Below the pieces are notes generated by a model. It was not told the DNA's origin and ran no database searches. It saw only the letters and a list, made by a program, of their open reading frames with translations. A program made the position numbers and the translations under genes. From Bacillota bacterium (GTDB lineage: Bacteria; Bacillota; Desulfitobacteriia; Desulfitobacteriales; JAJXUE01), in the NCBI GenBank assembly GCA_021811155.1, contig JAJZPO010000001.1, positions 1,683 to 65,682 on the forward strand: a stretch of 64,000 bases of DNA, in the 5' to 3' direction. Shown here in pieces: positions 26,265 to 34,270 of the stretch. Positions within the stretch are counted from its first letter, which is position 1, and each line of letters opens with the position of its first letter.

Positions 26265-26339
26265 TGGGGTGTCGCCAAGCGGTAAGGCACCAGACTTTGA
26301 CTCTGGCATGCGTTGGTTCGAATCCAGCCACCCCAGCCA
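26265..26339 (+). tRNA. tRNA-Gln (anticodon UUG)
   Basis: TGGGGTG/CACCCCA acceptor stem, anticodon loop CTTTGAC, GGTTCGAATCC T-arm, encoded CCA. Confidence 0.95.
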
Positions 26340-26358
26340 GATAAAATTAATAAGTTTT

Positions 26359-26441
26359 GCGGGAGTGGCGGAACTGGCAGACGCACCAGATTTAGGTTCT
26401 GGCGGGCAACCGTGCAGGTTCAAGTCCTGTCTCCCGCACCA
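26359..26441 (+). tRNA. tRNA-Leu (anticodon UAG)
   Basis: GCGGGAG/CTCCCGC acceptor stem, anticodon loop TTTAGGT, long variable arm (class II), encoded CCA. Confidence 0.95.
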
Positions 26442-26460
26442 TTTACATTGCAGCAATTAA

Positions 26461-26483
26461 GATTCCGCAGGGAGTCTTTTTTT
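26461..26483 (+). terminator. Rho-independent terminator after the tRNA cluster
   Basis: GATTCC, loop GCAG, GGAGTC stem, followed by a T7 run. Confidence 0.6.
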
Positions 26484-26637
26484 GCATTTCATGGTTTTTA
26501 CCACTGTCCTGAGGATTTACGCTTCAGTTCCGGCATACGGGCGTTATGCTTGTACATATAGGAACAATGTTGTAAAATTGTCCTCAGGTTTTGTGTTTTT
26601 ATACCCGTCTTCAAGCTGGCTTATAAAGTGGTGAATT

Positions 26638-27789
26638 ATGAAGAACATCAGGCAGCAGGTCTTTCTGCTGGCAGTGGGACCGCTCATAGCTGTTACCCTG
26701 ATAACTTTGCCGATCCTGGGGGTTATCAGCAGGGAAAATGCCGTATATGCGGAAACTACCAAGGTAAAAAGCGACCTGGCCAACGGCGAGGCCATACTGG
26801 AGTATCTTTACCCCGGCACGTGGGAAAGCAAGGACGGACTCCTGTACAAGGGCGGGATAAGGATTAACCAAAACTATATCCCTGTTGACCGGATCGCTGC
26901 GCTCTCGGACGATAACGTAAGCATTTTTTGCGGCGATACCAGGATTTCCACCACTATCCGTACCAATGACGGGGAGCGCGCGATAGGCACCAAAGCTGCA
27001 GAACATGTTTCTGCCAGTGTACTAAAAGACGGGCAGCTTTACATCGGTGAAGCAAATGTGGCGGGCGCTGCCCCTATGACCGGGTATAAGCCGATCCGGG
27101 ATAAGAATGGGAATATAATAGGTATGATTTCTGTAGGCATATCGCAAAAGTTCGTTGACCACCTGTGGCGGGACTACTTTCTCATCATGATTGCGTGCAA
27201 CCTGGCGGTTGCCGCGGCAGTGGGAGCGGTTTTCTGGCTCTTTGCCCGACGCAGCGTTTCCGGCCCCCTGGAACGGATGACAAATAACCTCTGGGAGGTT
27301 GCAACCAGCTACGGAATCGATTATTCGCATCCCGCAACCGTGGGCGGGCTGGCTCAAGGATGTGAAAACTTCCTCAGAATGAGAACCGAGGCGGTTGACG
27401 AGAGCAGCGCTGCTGTTGAAACGGCCGCTCCTGATAATAATGTACCTGCCGCCGGCCAAGCAAGCCCGGTCGGACAGGAGCCAAACCCTAACGAATTTAC
27501 TTACATTGAGCCTTTTCCTTCCAGTTCCCAGGTGGTTCCCATGCCCCTGAAGGAGGAGCTGCCGAAGGGGCTGAATCGAACAACCATGCAGCAAATCGTC
27601 ACCTTCCTCTTGAGCAGGAACGAGCCCATGTCTGCGGAGGAAGTAGGTGAAGGCGTCAACATTACCCGGGTGACCGCGCGCCGCTACCTGGAATACCTTG
27701 AGAACAGCGGCAGGGTCAAGATAATTATCAGGTACGGCACTGTGGGGCGTCCGGTCAAGCTATACAAGGCGATACTCAGAGAGCAGTGA
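26638..27789 (+). CDS. Membrane-anchored sensor-regulator: extracytoplasmic single-Cache (sCache_3-like) domain fused to a CitB/DcuR-type C-terminal HTH
   Basis: TM1 (res 7-30). Cache signature (LYKGGIRINQNYIPVDRI...GERAIGTKA...LYIGEANVAGAAPMTGYKPIRDKNGNIIGMISVG). TM2 (res ~183-205). P/A/S-rich linker. Then LPKGLNRTTMQQIV...SAEEVGEGVNITRVTARRYLEYLENSG...YGTVGRPVKLYK. No HisKA/HATPase or receiver motifs are visible. Confidence 0.75.
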   Translation: MKNIRQQVFLLAVGPLIAVTLITLPILGVISRENAVYAETTKVKSDLANGEAILEYLYPGTWESKDGLLYKGGIRINQNYIPVDRIAALSDDNVSIFCGDTRISTTIRTNDGERAIGTKAAEHVSASVLKDGQLYIGEANVAGAAPMTGYKPIRDKNGNIIGMISVGISQKFVDHLWRDYFLIMIACNLAVAAAVGAVFWLFARRSVSGPLERMTNNLWEVATSYGIDYSHPATVGGLAQGCENFLRMRTEAVDESSAAVETAAPDNNVPAAGQASPVGQEPNPNEFTYIEPFPSSSQVVPMPLKEELPKGLNRTTMQQIVTFLLSRNEPMSAEEVGEGVNITRVTARRYLEYLENSGRVKIIIRYGTVGRPVKLYKAILREQ

Positions 27790-27806
27790 TTATAGGGAGT
27801 GGATAG

Positions 27807-27840
27807 AAGGTTGTGAGTCACTTGCAGCCTTTTTTGTTTT
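27807..27840 (+). terminator. Putative rho-independent terminator
   Basis: AAGGTTG pairs with CAGCCTT (7 bp including one G-U), 11-nt loop, followed by TTTTTGTTTT. Confidence 0.5.
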
Positions 27841-28018
27841 GTCCTGAAACCCGGCACAGCAGGGTTCTCACGGCTTGCGCCGAATTTCACAAGAGTTTTG
27901 AAAATTTAGTTTATTTAGTAAATGGATAAATCTTTAGTTCAATATGTACAAAAGCTATTATTATTTGAACCGGACAGTTAGTATTGACTTTGGACAAAAC
28001 TGGCAGCGGGGGTCGGAT

Positions 28019-28357
28019 ATGCACGAAACTGCCCTGGTTTCAGGCATTATGAAAATAGCGTTCGAACAGCTGGAAAATCACAGGCTGAACAGGCTGGTGG
28101 CGATCAAACTGAAGGTGGGGGAATTTTCCGGAGCTTTCCCCGACGCTCTGAGGTTTGCCTTTGAGGCCATGGTGGCAGAGACGGAACACAGCGGAGCACG
28201 TCTGGAAATCGAAGAAATCCCCGGGAGGGGCCTTTGCCGTTTCTGCCAGGCGGAATTCTCTTATACTCCCGGCATGGAATGCCCGAGCTGCGGGGGATTG
28301 GCGCCAAAACTGGTGCAGGGAGAAGAGATGCTCCTGGAATCGATTGAGGCTGAGTGA
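28019..28357 (+). CDS. hypA: Hydrogenase nickel-insertion protein HypA
   Basis: MHETALVSGIM start (MHE motif) and two CxxC pairs (CRFCQ..., CPSCGG). SD GGGGG then ATG 28019. Confidence 0.9.
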   Translation: MHETALVSGIMKIAFEQLENHRLNRLVAIKLKVGEFSGAFPDALRFAFEAMVAETEHSGARLEIEEIPGRGLCRFCQAEFSYTPGMECPSCGGLAPKLVQGEEMLLESIEAE

Positions 28358-28370
28358 ACTGAGGAGGGTA

Positions 28371-29036
28371 ATGGTGGAAATTAAGGTTGTTGCCAATGTA
28401 CTTAAGGCAAACGAAGATATGGCTGTGGTGAACCGGGAGATTCTTTCCCGGCGCGGCATCAGGGTCGTGAACATGATCAGTTCACCGGGCGCAGGCAAGA
28501 CCACAATCCTGGAGCGCACTGTCGAAGCCTTGAAAAACGAAATCCCTATGGCGGTCATTGAAGGGGACCTGATGACTACCCGGGATGCTGAGCGAATTAA
28601 CCGGCACGGTGTTCCGGTTGTCCAGATTAATACCCAGGGGGGATGCCACCTGGATGCCAATATGGTCAACAAGGCCATGTTGGAGCTGCCCCTGGATGAA
28701 ATAAAGCTGTTGATTATCGAAAATGTCGGCAATCTTGTCTGCCCAGCCTCGTTTGACCTGGGTGAAGATGCGAAGGTTGTGGTGCTGTCGGTCCCGGAAG
28801 GGGACGACAAGCCGTTAAAATACCCGCAAGTCTTTAGCAAGGCTGGAATTTGCCTTTTGAACAAAATAGATTATTTGCCCCACAGCAACTTCAATCTCAA
28901 GCAATTTTACCAGGATGCGGCTGCTTTGAACCCGGAGCAAAAAGTCTTTGAAGTCTCTGCCCTGAGAGAGGACGGGATGCAAAATTGGTACAATTACCTG
29001 CGGGAGCTGGTCCGGAAAAACCGGTTCGGGCTGTGA
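28371..29036 (+). CDS. hypB: Hydrogenase nickel-incorporation GTPase HypB
   Basis: SSPGAGKTT P-loop, ENVGNLVCPA motif, 221 aa. SD GAGGAGGG then ATG 28371. Confidence 0.9.
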   Translation: MVEIKVVANVLKANEDMAVVNREILSRRGIRVVNMISSPGAGKTTILERTVEALKNEIPMAVIEGDLMTTRDAERINRHGVPVVQINTQGGCHLDANMVNKAMLELPLDEIKLLIIENVGNLVCPASFDLGEDAKVVVLSVPEGDDKPLKYPQVFSKAGICLLNKIDYLPHSNFNLKQFYQDAAALNPEQKVFEVSALREDGMQNWYNYLRELVRKNRFGL

Positions 29037-31291
29037 CTGGGCCAGGTGAAGATTCATCCGCCCTTCTAGGGCTTGAAGTAAAAATCAAGGGCACGGTGCA
29101 GGGGGTTGGGTTTCGTCCCCATGTTTACCGCCTGGCTGCCGGCCTGGGATTGTTTGGATGGGTGATTAACACCGCCGCCGGGGTAACCGTTCACCTGGAG
29201 GGACATTTGTCTCAAATTGAGGCTTTTTGCCGGGAATTGCGCGCCAACCTGCCACCCCTGGCAAGAATAGACTCCTGGCTTGAACGCCCGGCTGTCCCGG
29301 CAGGCTACAGCTCGTTTTTTATCCAGGAAAGCCATGCGGGGTCCGATACTGAGATCAGCATCCCCCCGGATACCGGCACCTGTCCTGATTGCCTGGAGGA
29401 ATACTCCGATCCGGCGGACAGGAGGTACGGTTACGAATTTACCAACTGCGTCAACTGCGGTCCCAGGTTCAGTATAACCCGGGCTGCCCCGTATGACAGG
29501 GCCAACACCTCCATGCATATGTTCCGGATGTGTGAGCGGTGCCTGGCGGAATATTCCGACCCCGCCGACCGGCGTTTCCATGCCGAACCGAATGCCTGCC
29601 CGGTCTGCGGTCCCAAAGTGGAGTTCAGTTCCGGCACCAAACCGGAAGATATCCGGCAGGCCTTAAAGGCAGGCCGGATTCTAGCGATAAAAGGAATCGG
29701 CGGCTACCACCTGGCGTGCAACGCCCTGGACGAGAAGGCTGTCCTGCTCATGCGCCGCCGCAAAAAAAGGGAAACAAAGCCTTTTGCCATTATGTGCCGG
29801 GACCTGGACGAGGTACGCCGCTATTGCTATTTGTCCGCGGAGGAAGAGGGCCTCCTGGCCTCGCCCGCAAAGCCTATAGTTTTGCTTTGCCGCCGGGAGG
29901 ATGCTCCTCTTGCGGCGGAAATCGCGCCAGGACTCAACACATTAGGTGTTATGCTGCCGTATACTCCTTTGCATTACGGGCTTTTTGACCGCGAACTGTC
30001 CGTCTTGGTTATGACCAGCGCCAATATCAGCGGTGATCCGCAAATCCTGACCGCAGCAGAAGCTCACTCCGAACTTGAGAACCTGGTGGATGGGTTTGTA
30101 GAGCACCCGCGGCAGATTGTCAACCGGGCCGATGATTCGGTCCTCATGCGCCATAATGGGCACGACTATTTTGTCAGGCGGTCCAGGGGGTATGTGCCGC
30201 AAAGGATTCTTCTGCCTGAGAGTGTGCCGGAGATCTTTGCGGCCGGAGGGGACTTGAAAGCCGTATTTGCCTTTGTCCGGGAAAAATCCGTTGTCCTCAG
30301 CCAGTATTTCGGAGACCTGGAAAATGTCAAGAATTTTGATGCCTACCGGCAGAGCGCAGAGTTTTTCCGCGGGTTTCTCCGGGCTGAACCGAAAATAGCT
30401 GCGGCCGACCTGCATCCCAATTATTTCAGTTCGTCTTTGGCCCGGGACTTTAACCTTCCTCTGGTACAAATCCAGCACCACCAGGCTCATTTTGCCGCCT
30501 GTATGGCGGACAATGGCATTACGGAAAAGGTCCTGGGCGTGGTGTGCGATGGCACAGGGTACGGTGAAGACGGAACTGTCTGGGGTTGTGAATATTTTTA
30601 CGGTGATTTTCAGCGGCCGGCCAGGGTTGGAAGCCTGGAGCAGTTTTTCCAGTCCAAAGGTGACGGGGTGCAAAAGAACCCAGAGCAAATGGCTGCCATG
30701 CTTCTCTATGAACTGGGCTGCAGAGAGGAAATAATCGCCGGCTTGCTGCCAGGGTGCGCTGAAATCCTGCCTTTGCTTGCTCCCATGCAGAGGAGCAGGA
30801 TGCTCAGCGTCAGATCGTCCAGTTCAGGCCGGCTGTTTGATGCAGCGGCAGCTCTGTGTGGAGTTTCAACCCGCTCTTCTTATGAAGGGGAAGCTGCCAT
30901 GCGGCTGGAGTCCCTGGTCGGAGGGCTGAGAGACGTCAAACCCTATTATTTTGAAATCAGGGAGAAGGACATGCCGCGCTTGTCATGGGATTTCCTGGCC
31001 CTGATGGCGGAAGACAGAGCAGCCGGCCTCTCGCCCCGGGAAATGTCGGAGCGTTTCCACCGCACTTTTGCGGACGGGATTCTGGCAATGCTCACTCTGC
31101 TAAAGGAAAGGTTTCCCGCCCAAAAAGCGGTTTTCTCCGGCGGGACTTTCCAAAACCGGGTGCTTATAAACTATCTGGCGGAAAAGATACCGGAGATCGG
31201 GCTTACCCCTTTTTTCCACCGCCAGGTTCCTGCCAATGACGGCGGACTGGCCCTGGGGCAGGTGGTGTTAGCAGCTGCGGAGTATCGATAG
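29033..31291 (+). CDS. hypF: Carbamoyltransferase HypF
   Basis: Acylphosphatase domain (IKGTVQGVGFRPHVYRLA), two CxxC-x18-CxxC zinc fingers (CPDCLEE...CVNCGPRF; CERCLAE...CPVCGP), YrdC and Kae1-like regions. GTGA overlap with the hypB stop makes GTG 29033 the likely start. Confidence 0.9.
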   Translation: MTGPGEDSSALLGLEVKIKGTVQGVGFRPHVYRLAAGLGLFGWVINTAAGVTVHLEGHLSQIEAFCRELRANLPPLARIDSWLERPAVPAGYSSFFIQESHAGSDTEISIPPDTGTCPDCLEEYSDPADRRYGYEFTNCVNCGPRFSITRAAPYDRANTSMHMFRMCERCLAEYSDPADRRFHAEPNACPVCGPKVEFSSGTKPEDIRQALKAGRILAIKGIGGYHLACNALDEKAVLLMRRRKKRETKPFAIMCRDLDEVRRYCYLSAEEEGLLASPAKPIVLLCRREDAPLAAEIAPGLNTLGVMLPYTPLHYGLFDRELSVLVMTSANISGDPQILTAAEAHSELENLVDGFVEHPRQIVNRADDSVLMRHNGHDYFVRRSRGYVPQRILLPESVPEIFAAGGDLKAVFAFVREKSVVLSQYFGDLENVKNFDAYRQSAEFFRGFLRAEPKIAAADLHPNYFSSSLARDFNLPLVQIQHHQAHFAACMADNGITEKVLGVVCDGTGYGEDGTVWGCEYFYGDFQRPARVGSLEQFFQSKGDGVQKNPEQMAAMLLYELGCREEIIAGLLPGCAEILPLLAPMQRSRMLSVRSSSSGRLFDAAAALCGVSTRSSYEGEAAMRLESLVGGLRDVKPYYFEIREKDMPRLSWDFLALMAEDRAAGLSPREMSERFHRTFADGILAMLTLLKERFPAQKAVFSGGTFQNRVLINYLAEKIPEIGLTPFFHRQVPANDGGLALGQVVLAAAEYR

Positions 31292-31302
31292 GAGGAGTTG
31301 TT

Positions 31303-31524
31303 ATGTGCTTAGCGGTACCGGCTAAGGTGATCTCCCTTGACAAGGAGATTTTCCTTGGCGAAGTCACGATTATGGGAAACAGCAAAATGGTCAGCATCGC
31401 CCTGGTGCCCGAAGTGGAAGTGGGGGACTGGGTGCTGGTCCATGCGGGGGAGGCCATAAGCCTCATTTCCCCGGAAGCTGCCCAGGAGTCAGAGGAGCTG
31501 TGGCAAGCGATCATCGACGGTTGA
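31303..31524 (+). CDS. hypC: Hydrogenase assembly chaperone HypC/HupF
   Basis: MCLAVPAKV N-terminus with the essential Cys2, 73 aa. Confidence 0.9.
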   Translation: MCLAVPAKVISLDKEIFLGEVTIMGNSKMVSIALVPEVEVGDWVLVHAGEAISLISPEAAQESEELWQAIIDG

Positions 31525-31533
31525 CGGAGGAGA

Positions 31534-32631
31534 ATGCCCGTGATTGAGGATGGAAAGCGGAAGTATTTCCGACTTTTTAGAGATGAGCTGGAGCGGATTG
31601 CTGTGCGGCCGGTCCGGTTGATGGAAGTATGCGGCACCCATACCATGGCAATCGGCAGGGCCGGACTGAGGCAGGTCCTGCCGCCGCAAATCAGCCTGGT
31701 CTCCGGCCCGGGGTGTCCGGTATGCGTCACTGCAGACGCGGATATCGACTCCTTCCTGGGGTTGGCCAAGGAAAGGCGGGTCACTGTCGCTACCTTTGGC
31801 GACATGATGCGGGTGCCTGGCAATGAAGGAAGCCTGGCTGATTTTAGGGCCGCCGGCGCAGATATCAGGGTAGTCTACTCTCCCCTGGAGGCTTTGGAGC
31901 TGGCCCGTTCCAACCCCGGCCAGGAAATTGTCTTTCTGGGCATCGGGTTTGAGACCAGCGCCCCTGGGACGGCCCAGGCCATCATCCGCGCCGGGAGGGA
32001 AGGGCTGAAGAACTTCAGCGTGTACAACCTGCACAAGACAGTGCCGCAGGCGCTGCAGGTACTGTTGGACGATCCCGGGCAGGCTCTTGATGCCTTCATC
32101 CTGCCGGGGCATGTCAGCGCCATCATCGGAGAAGCCCCGTACCGCTTTATGCCGGAGAAGTACGGCGTGGGCGGGGCCATAGCCGGTTTCGAACCTACGG
32201 ATATTTTGGCCGCGATTGCCAGACTGGTTAAGGACATTAATTCCGGCTGCCCTCGCATTACCAACCTCTACGGCCAGGTAGTCCGCCCCGGCGGCAACAC
32301 CGCGGCGCAGCAAATCCTGGCTGAGACCTTTGAGCCGTGTGATGCCGACTGGCGCGGGCTCGGCATGATTCCCGGGAGCGGCCTGAAACTGCGCCCGCGT
32401 TATGCCGGATTCGACGCGGCGCTGAAATTCGGCGTCAGCCGGGCCCCGGCGAAGGTCCGCGCCGGCTGCCGCTGCGGCGAGGTCTTGAAAGGAATCCTCA
32501 GGCCTGTGGCGTGTCCGCTGTTTGGCAGGACGTGCACCCCTGAGCATCCGGTCGGGCCCTGCATGGTCTCCTCCGAAGGGACCTGCGCAGCCTATTATCT
32601 TTATGAAGGCGGGAAGGCCCATGCCAGCTAA
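31534..32631 (+). CDS. hypD: Hydrogenase maturation Fe-S protein HypD
   Basis: MEVCGTHT, GPGCPVCV and C-terminal CxxC...PCxxxC motifs, 365 aa. Confidence 0.9.
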   Translation: MPVIEDGKRKYFRLFRDELERIAVRPVRLMEVCGTHTMAIGRAGLRQVLPPQISLVSGPGCPVCVTADADIDSFLGLAKERRVTVATFGDMMRVPGNEGSLADFRAAGADIRVVYSPLEALELARSNPGQEIVFLGIGFETSAPGTAQAIIRAGREGLKNFSVYNLHKTVPQALQVLLDDPGQALDAFILPGHVSAIIGEAPYRFMPEKYGVGGAIAGFEPTDILAAIARLVKDINSGCPRITNLYGQVVRPGGNTAAQQILAETFEPCDADWRGLGMIPGSGLKLRPRYAGFDAALKFGVSRAPAKVRAGCRCGEVLKGILRPVACPLFGRTCTPEHPVGPCMVSSEGTCAAYYLYEGGKAHAS

Positions 32632-33622
32632 AATTACGCTTGCCCACGGCAGCGGGGGGGGAATGTCATCCCGCCTGATAGCGGATGTCTTTTACGACGC
32701 CTTCGGCACCGACGGGGCAAAGGCCAACGACGCAGCTGTCCTGAGTCTGGCCGGGGGCAAGCTGGCTTTTACCACTGACAGTTTTGTAGTCAGTCCGCTT
32801 TTTTTCCCGGGCGGAAACATAGGCAAGCTGGCCTTTTGCGGCACTGTAAATGATTTGGCCACAGCCGGAGCCAAACCGGTGGCACTGGCGGCTTCCTTCA
32901 TAATTGAAGAGGGCCTGGAACTGGAAGAACTGCGCCTTATCGCCCGGACCATGGGCGAATTAGCAGCGGAAACAGGCATCCCGATTGTTACCGGGGATAC
33001 CAAGGTGGTGGAGAAGGGCAGCGCCGACAAGGTCTTTATCACCACCAGCGGCGTTGGCATTGTACCCGGTGAGCTTAACTACCATCCCGGCAGAATTGCC
33101 CCCGGGGATGCGATTATCGTCAGCGGCACAATAGGCGATCACGGTTACTGCATAACGGCCCTGCGGGAAGGAATCGCTATCAAAAGCAATGTCACAAGCG
33201 ACTGCCAGCCCCTGCACACTATGGTGTCCTCTTTGTCCAGCCTGGGTGACGGTGTACATGCCGTGCGCGACGCCACCAGGGGCGGTGTGGGAACCGTGCT
33301 GAACGAATGGGCCGCCCAAGCCGGGCAGGAAATAGTTATCTCGGAGGGACTGCTGCCGGTCCTGGACGAGGTGAGGGGAGGCTGCGGCATGCTGGGTCTG
33401 GAGCCCTTATACCTGGCCAATGAAGGAAAGATGCTGTTTGCGGTATCTGCCGGCCTGGCTGATAGAGCTTTGTCCATTCTGCGTCAACACCCGGCGGGTC
33501 GAGACGCGGCCGTAATCGGCCGGGTCAACCCCGGAGAGCCCAGGCTGCTGCTGGAAACTGAGTGGGGGACCAGACGCATTGTGCCGGTGCCGGTAGGGGA
33601 AATACTGCCGCGGATATGCTGA
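32621..33622 (+). CDS. hypE: Hydrogenase maturation carbamoyl dehydratase HypE
   Basis: ITLAHGSGG N-terminus, PurM/AIR-synthase-like fold, C-terminal PRIC motif. ATG 32621 overlaps the hypD end by 11 nt. Confidence 0.9.
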   Translation: MPAKITLAHGSGGGMSSRLIADVFYDAFGTDGAKANDAAVLSLAGGKLAFTTDSFVVSPLFFPGGNIGKLAFCGTVNDLATAGAKPVALAASFIIEEGLELEELRLIARTMGELAAETGIPIVTGDTKVVEKGSADKVFITTSGVGIVPGELNYHPGRIAPGDAIIVSGTIGDHGYCITALREGIAIKSNVTSDCQPLHTMVSSLSSLGDGVHAVRDATRGGVGTVLNEWAAQAGQEIVISEGLLPVLDEVRGGCGMLGLEPLYLANEGKMLFAVSAGLADRALSILRQHPAGRDAAVIGRVNPGEPRLLLETEWGTRRIVPVPVGEILPRIC

Positions 33623-33624
33623 AA

Positions 33625-33703
33625 CAGAAGTCAGAAGTCAGAAGTCAGAAGACAGGAGTCAGGAGTCAGGAGTAAGAAGTTGGAAGCCAGAAGCCAGAAA
33701 GCC
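33625..33703 (+). repeat. Longest heptamer array (~11 units: AGAAGTC x3, AGAAGAC, AGGAGTC x2, AGGAGTA, AGAAGTT, GGAAGCC, AGAAGCC...)
   Basis: Starts 3 nt after the hypE stop. Period 7 read directly, with progressive degeneration toward the 3' side. Confidence 0.85.
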
Positions 33704-33754
33704 GGTAGTCGAGTCGGACTGAGTGGACAGAGAGAAAAAAGAACAGCTCCAAGT

Positions 33755-33786
33755 ATTCTGACTCCTGACTACTGACTCCTGAATTC
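33755..33786 (-). repeat. Inverted heptamer array (ATTCTGACTCCTGACTACTGACTCCTGAATTC)
   Basis: Reverse complement GAATTCAGGAGTCAGTAGTCAGGAGTCAGAAT. It can pair (19 bp, 1 mismatch) with 33654-33672. Confidence 0.85.
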
Positions 33787-33813
33787 TTGGTCATGCAAGA
33801 AAGGTGGTTGTGA

Positions 33814-34215
33814 ATGGACCGGGCGGGTTTTTTCCGGTATCTGGCGGCAAGAGGGGCTTCGACAGCAGTGGATGTGGTGAAGCATGTAATCAACCCCTTG
33901 GCAAGCCTGGAGGACATAAAGACGACTGTCAGGCCCCTTATTCCATTAAGCCAATATACTGCCAGGCCCCAACTGCTCAGCGCTTCTGATCCGCCTTTGT
34001 TCTTAACCGGAGAACCGGGGGCAGATCTTAGGGCAGTGAAGGCTACCTGTGAAAAAGACGGATTCCTTCTCTCCTACCTGCCCAGGGAAGAAGCGCTATT
34101 TTGCCCTGCCTGTAATACAAAACATGCTTTGAAGCGAGGTGATGCAGCAGCGGGCGCCGGTCTGCCGGCATACCCGGTGGCGCTAGACGGAGATTACATC
34201 TGTTTAATCAAGTGA
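33814..34215 (+). CDS. Hypothetical small protein upstream of the hydrogenase (possible degenerate Rieske-like fold)
   Basis: 133-aa ORF behind AAAGGTGG. C79-x17-C97-x2-C100-x3-H104 spacing and the C-terminal LPAYPVALDGDYICL recall the Rieske-domain layout. No family confirmed. Confidence 0.4.
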   Translation: MDRAGFFRYLAARGASTAVDVVKHVINPLASLEDIKTTVRPLIPLSQYTARPQLLSASDPPLFLTGEPGADLRAVKATCEKDGFLLSYLPREEALFCPACNTKHALKRGDAAAGAGLPAYPVALDGDYICLIK

Positions 34216-34233
34216 TTAAAGAAGTGATTAAAG
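34210..34233 (+). repeat. Perfect 12-bp tandem duplication (AAGTGATTAAAG x2)
   Basis: Read directly. The first copy contains the stop codon of ORF 33814-34215. Lies 38 nt upstream of the hydrogenase small-subunit start. Confidence 0.8.
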
Positions 34234-34270
34234 CAAAGACGAAAAAAGGATGTCAAGAGGGGGTTTAACA

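Noticed and set aside
25848-26460. Six ORFs (60-114 aa, both strands) covering the 25.85-26.46 kb region.
   Set aside because: The region folds into five canonical tRNAs with encoded CCA ends. The ORFs are by-products of stop-poor tRNA sequence.
28985-29032. N-terminal extensions suggested by the ORF track: hypF from 28985, hypB from 28155, hypE from 32522, hypA from 27944, rdgB from 23497, lon from 47938, thiolase from 53549, RND from 21505, Fe-S hydro-lyase beta from 10854, protease from 37476.
   Set aside because: The extensions overlap the preceding genes, lack an RBS and add sequence absent from the respective families. Internal starts with GGAGG-type RBS reproduce canonical N-termini.
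31489-32622. Long antisense or shadow ORFs opposite well-supported genes. Examples: 204-1049(-), 2069-3046(-), 5162-6121(-), 6283-7257(-), 18143-19216(+), 20217-21026(+), 23223-23957(-), 28040-28864(-), 31489-32622(-), 48520-49521(-), 50862-52076(-), 54043-54720(-), 57266-57997(-).
   Set aside because: Their translations are Arg/Pro/Gly/His-rich low-complexity strings with no recognisable motifs and no RBS. They lie fully inside genes whose products have clear family signatures. Such open frames are typical of GC-rich coding DNA.
33625-33703. Whether the regular short repeats are CRISPR arrays.
   Set aside because: The unit length is 7 nt with no unique spacers, the arrays are only 20-80 nt long, and there are no cas genes. 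These are simple tandem repeats, not CRISPR.
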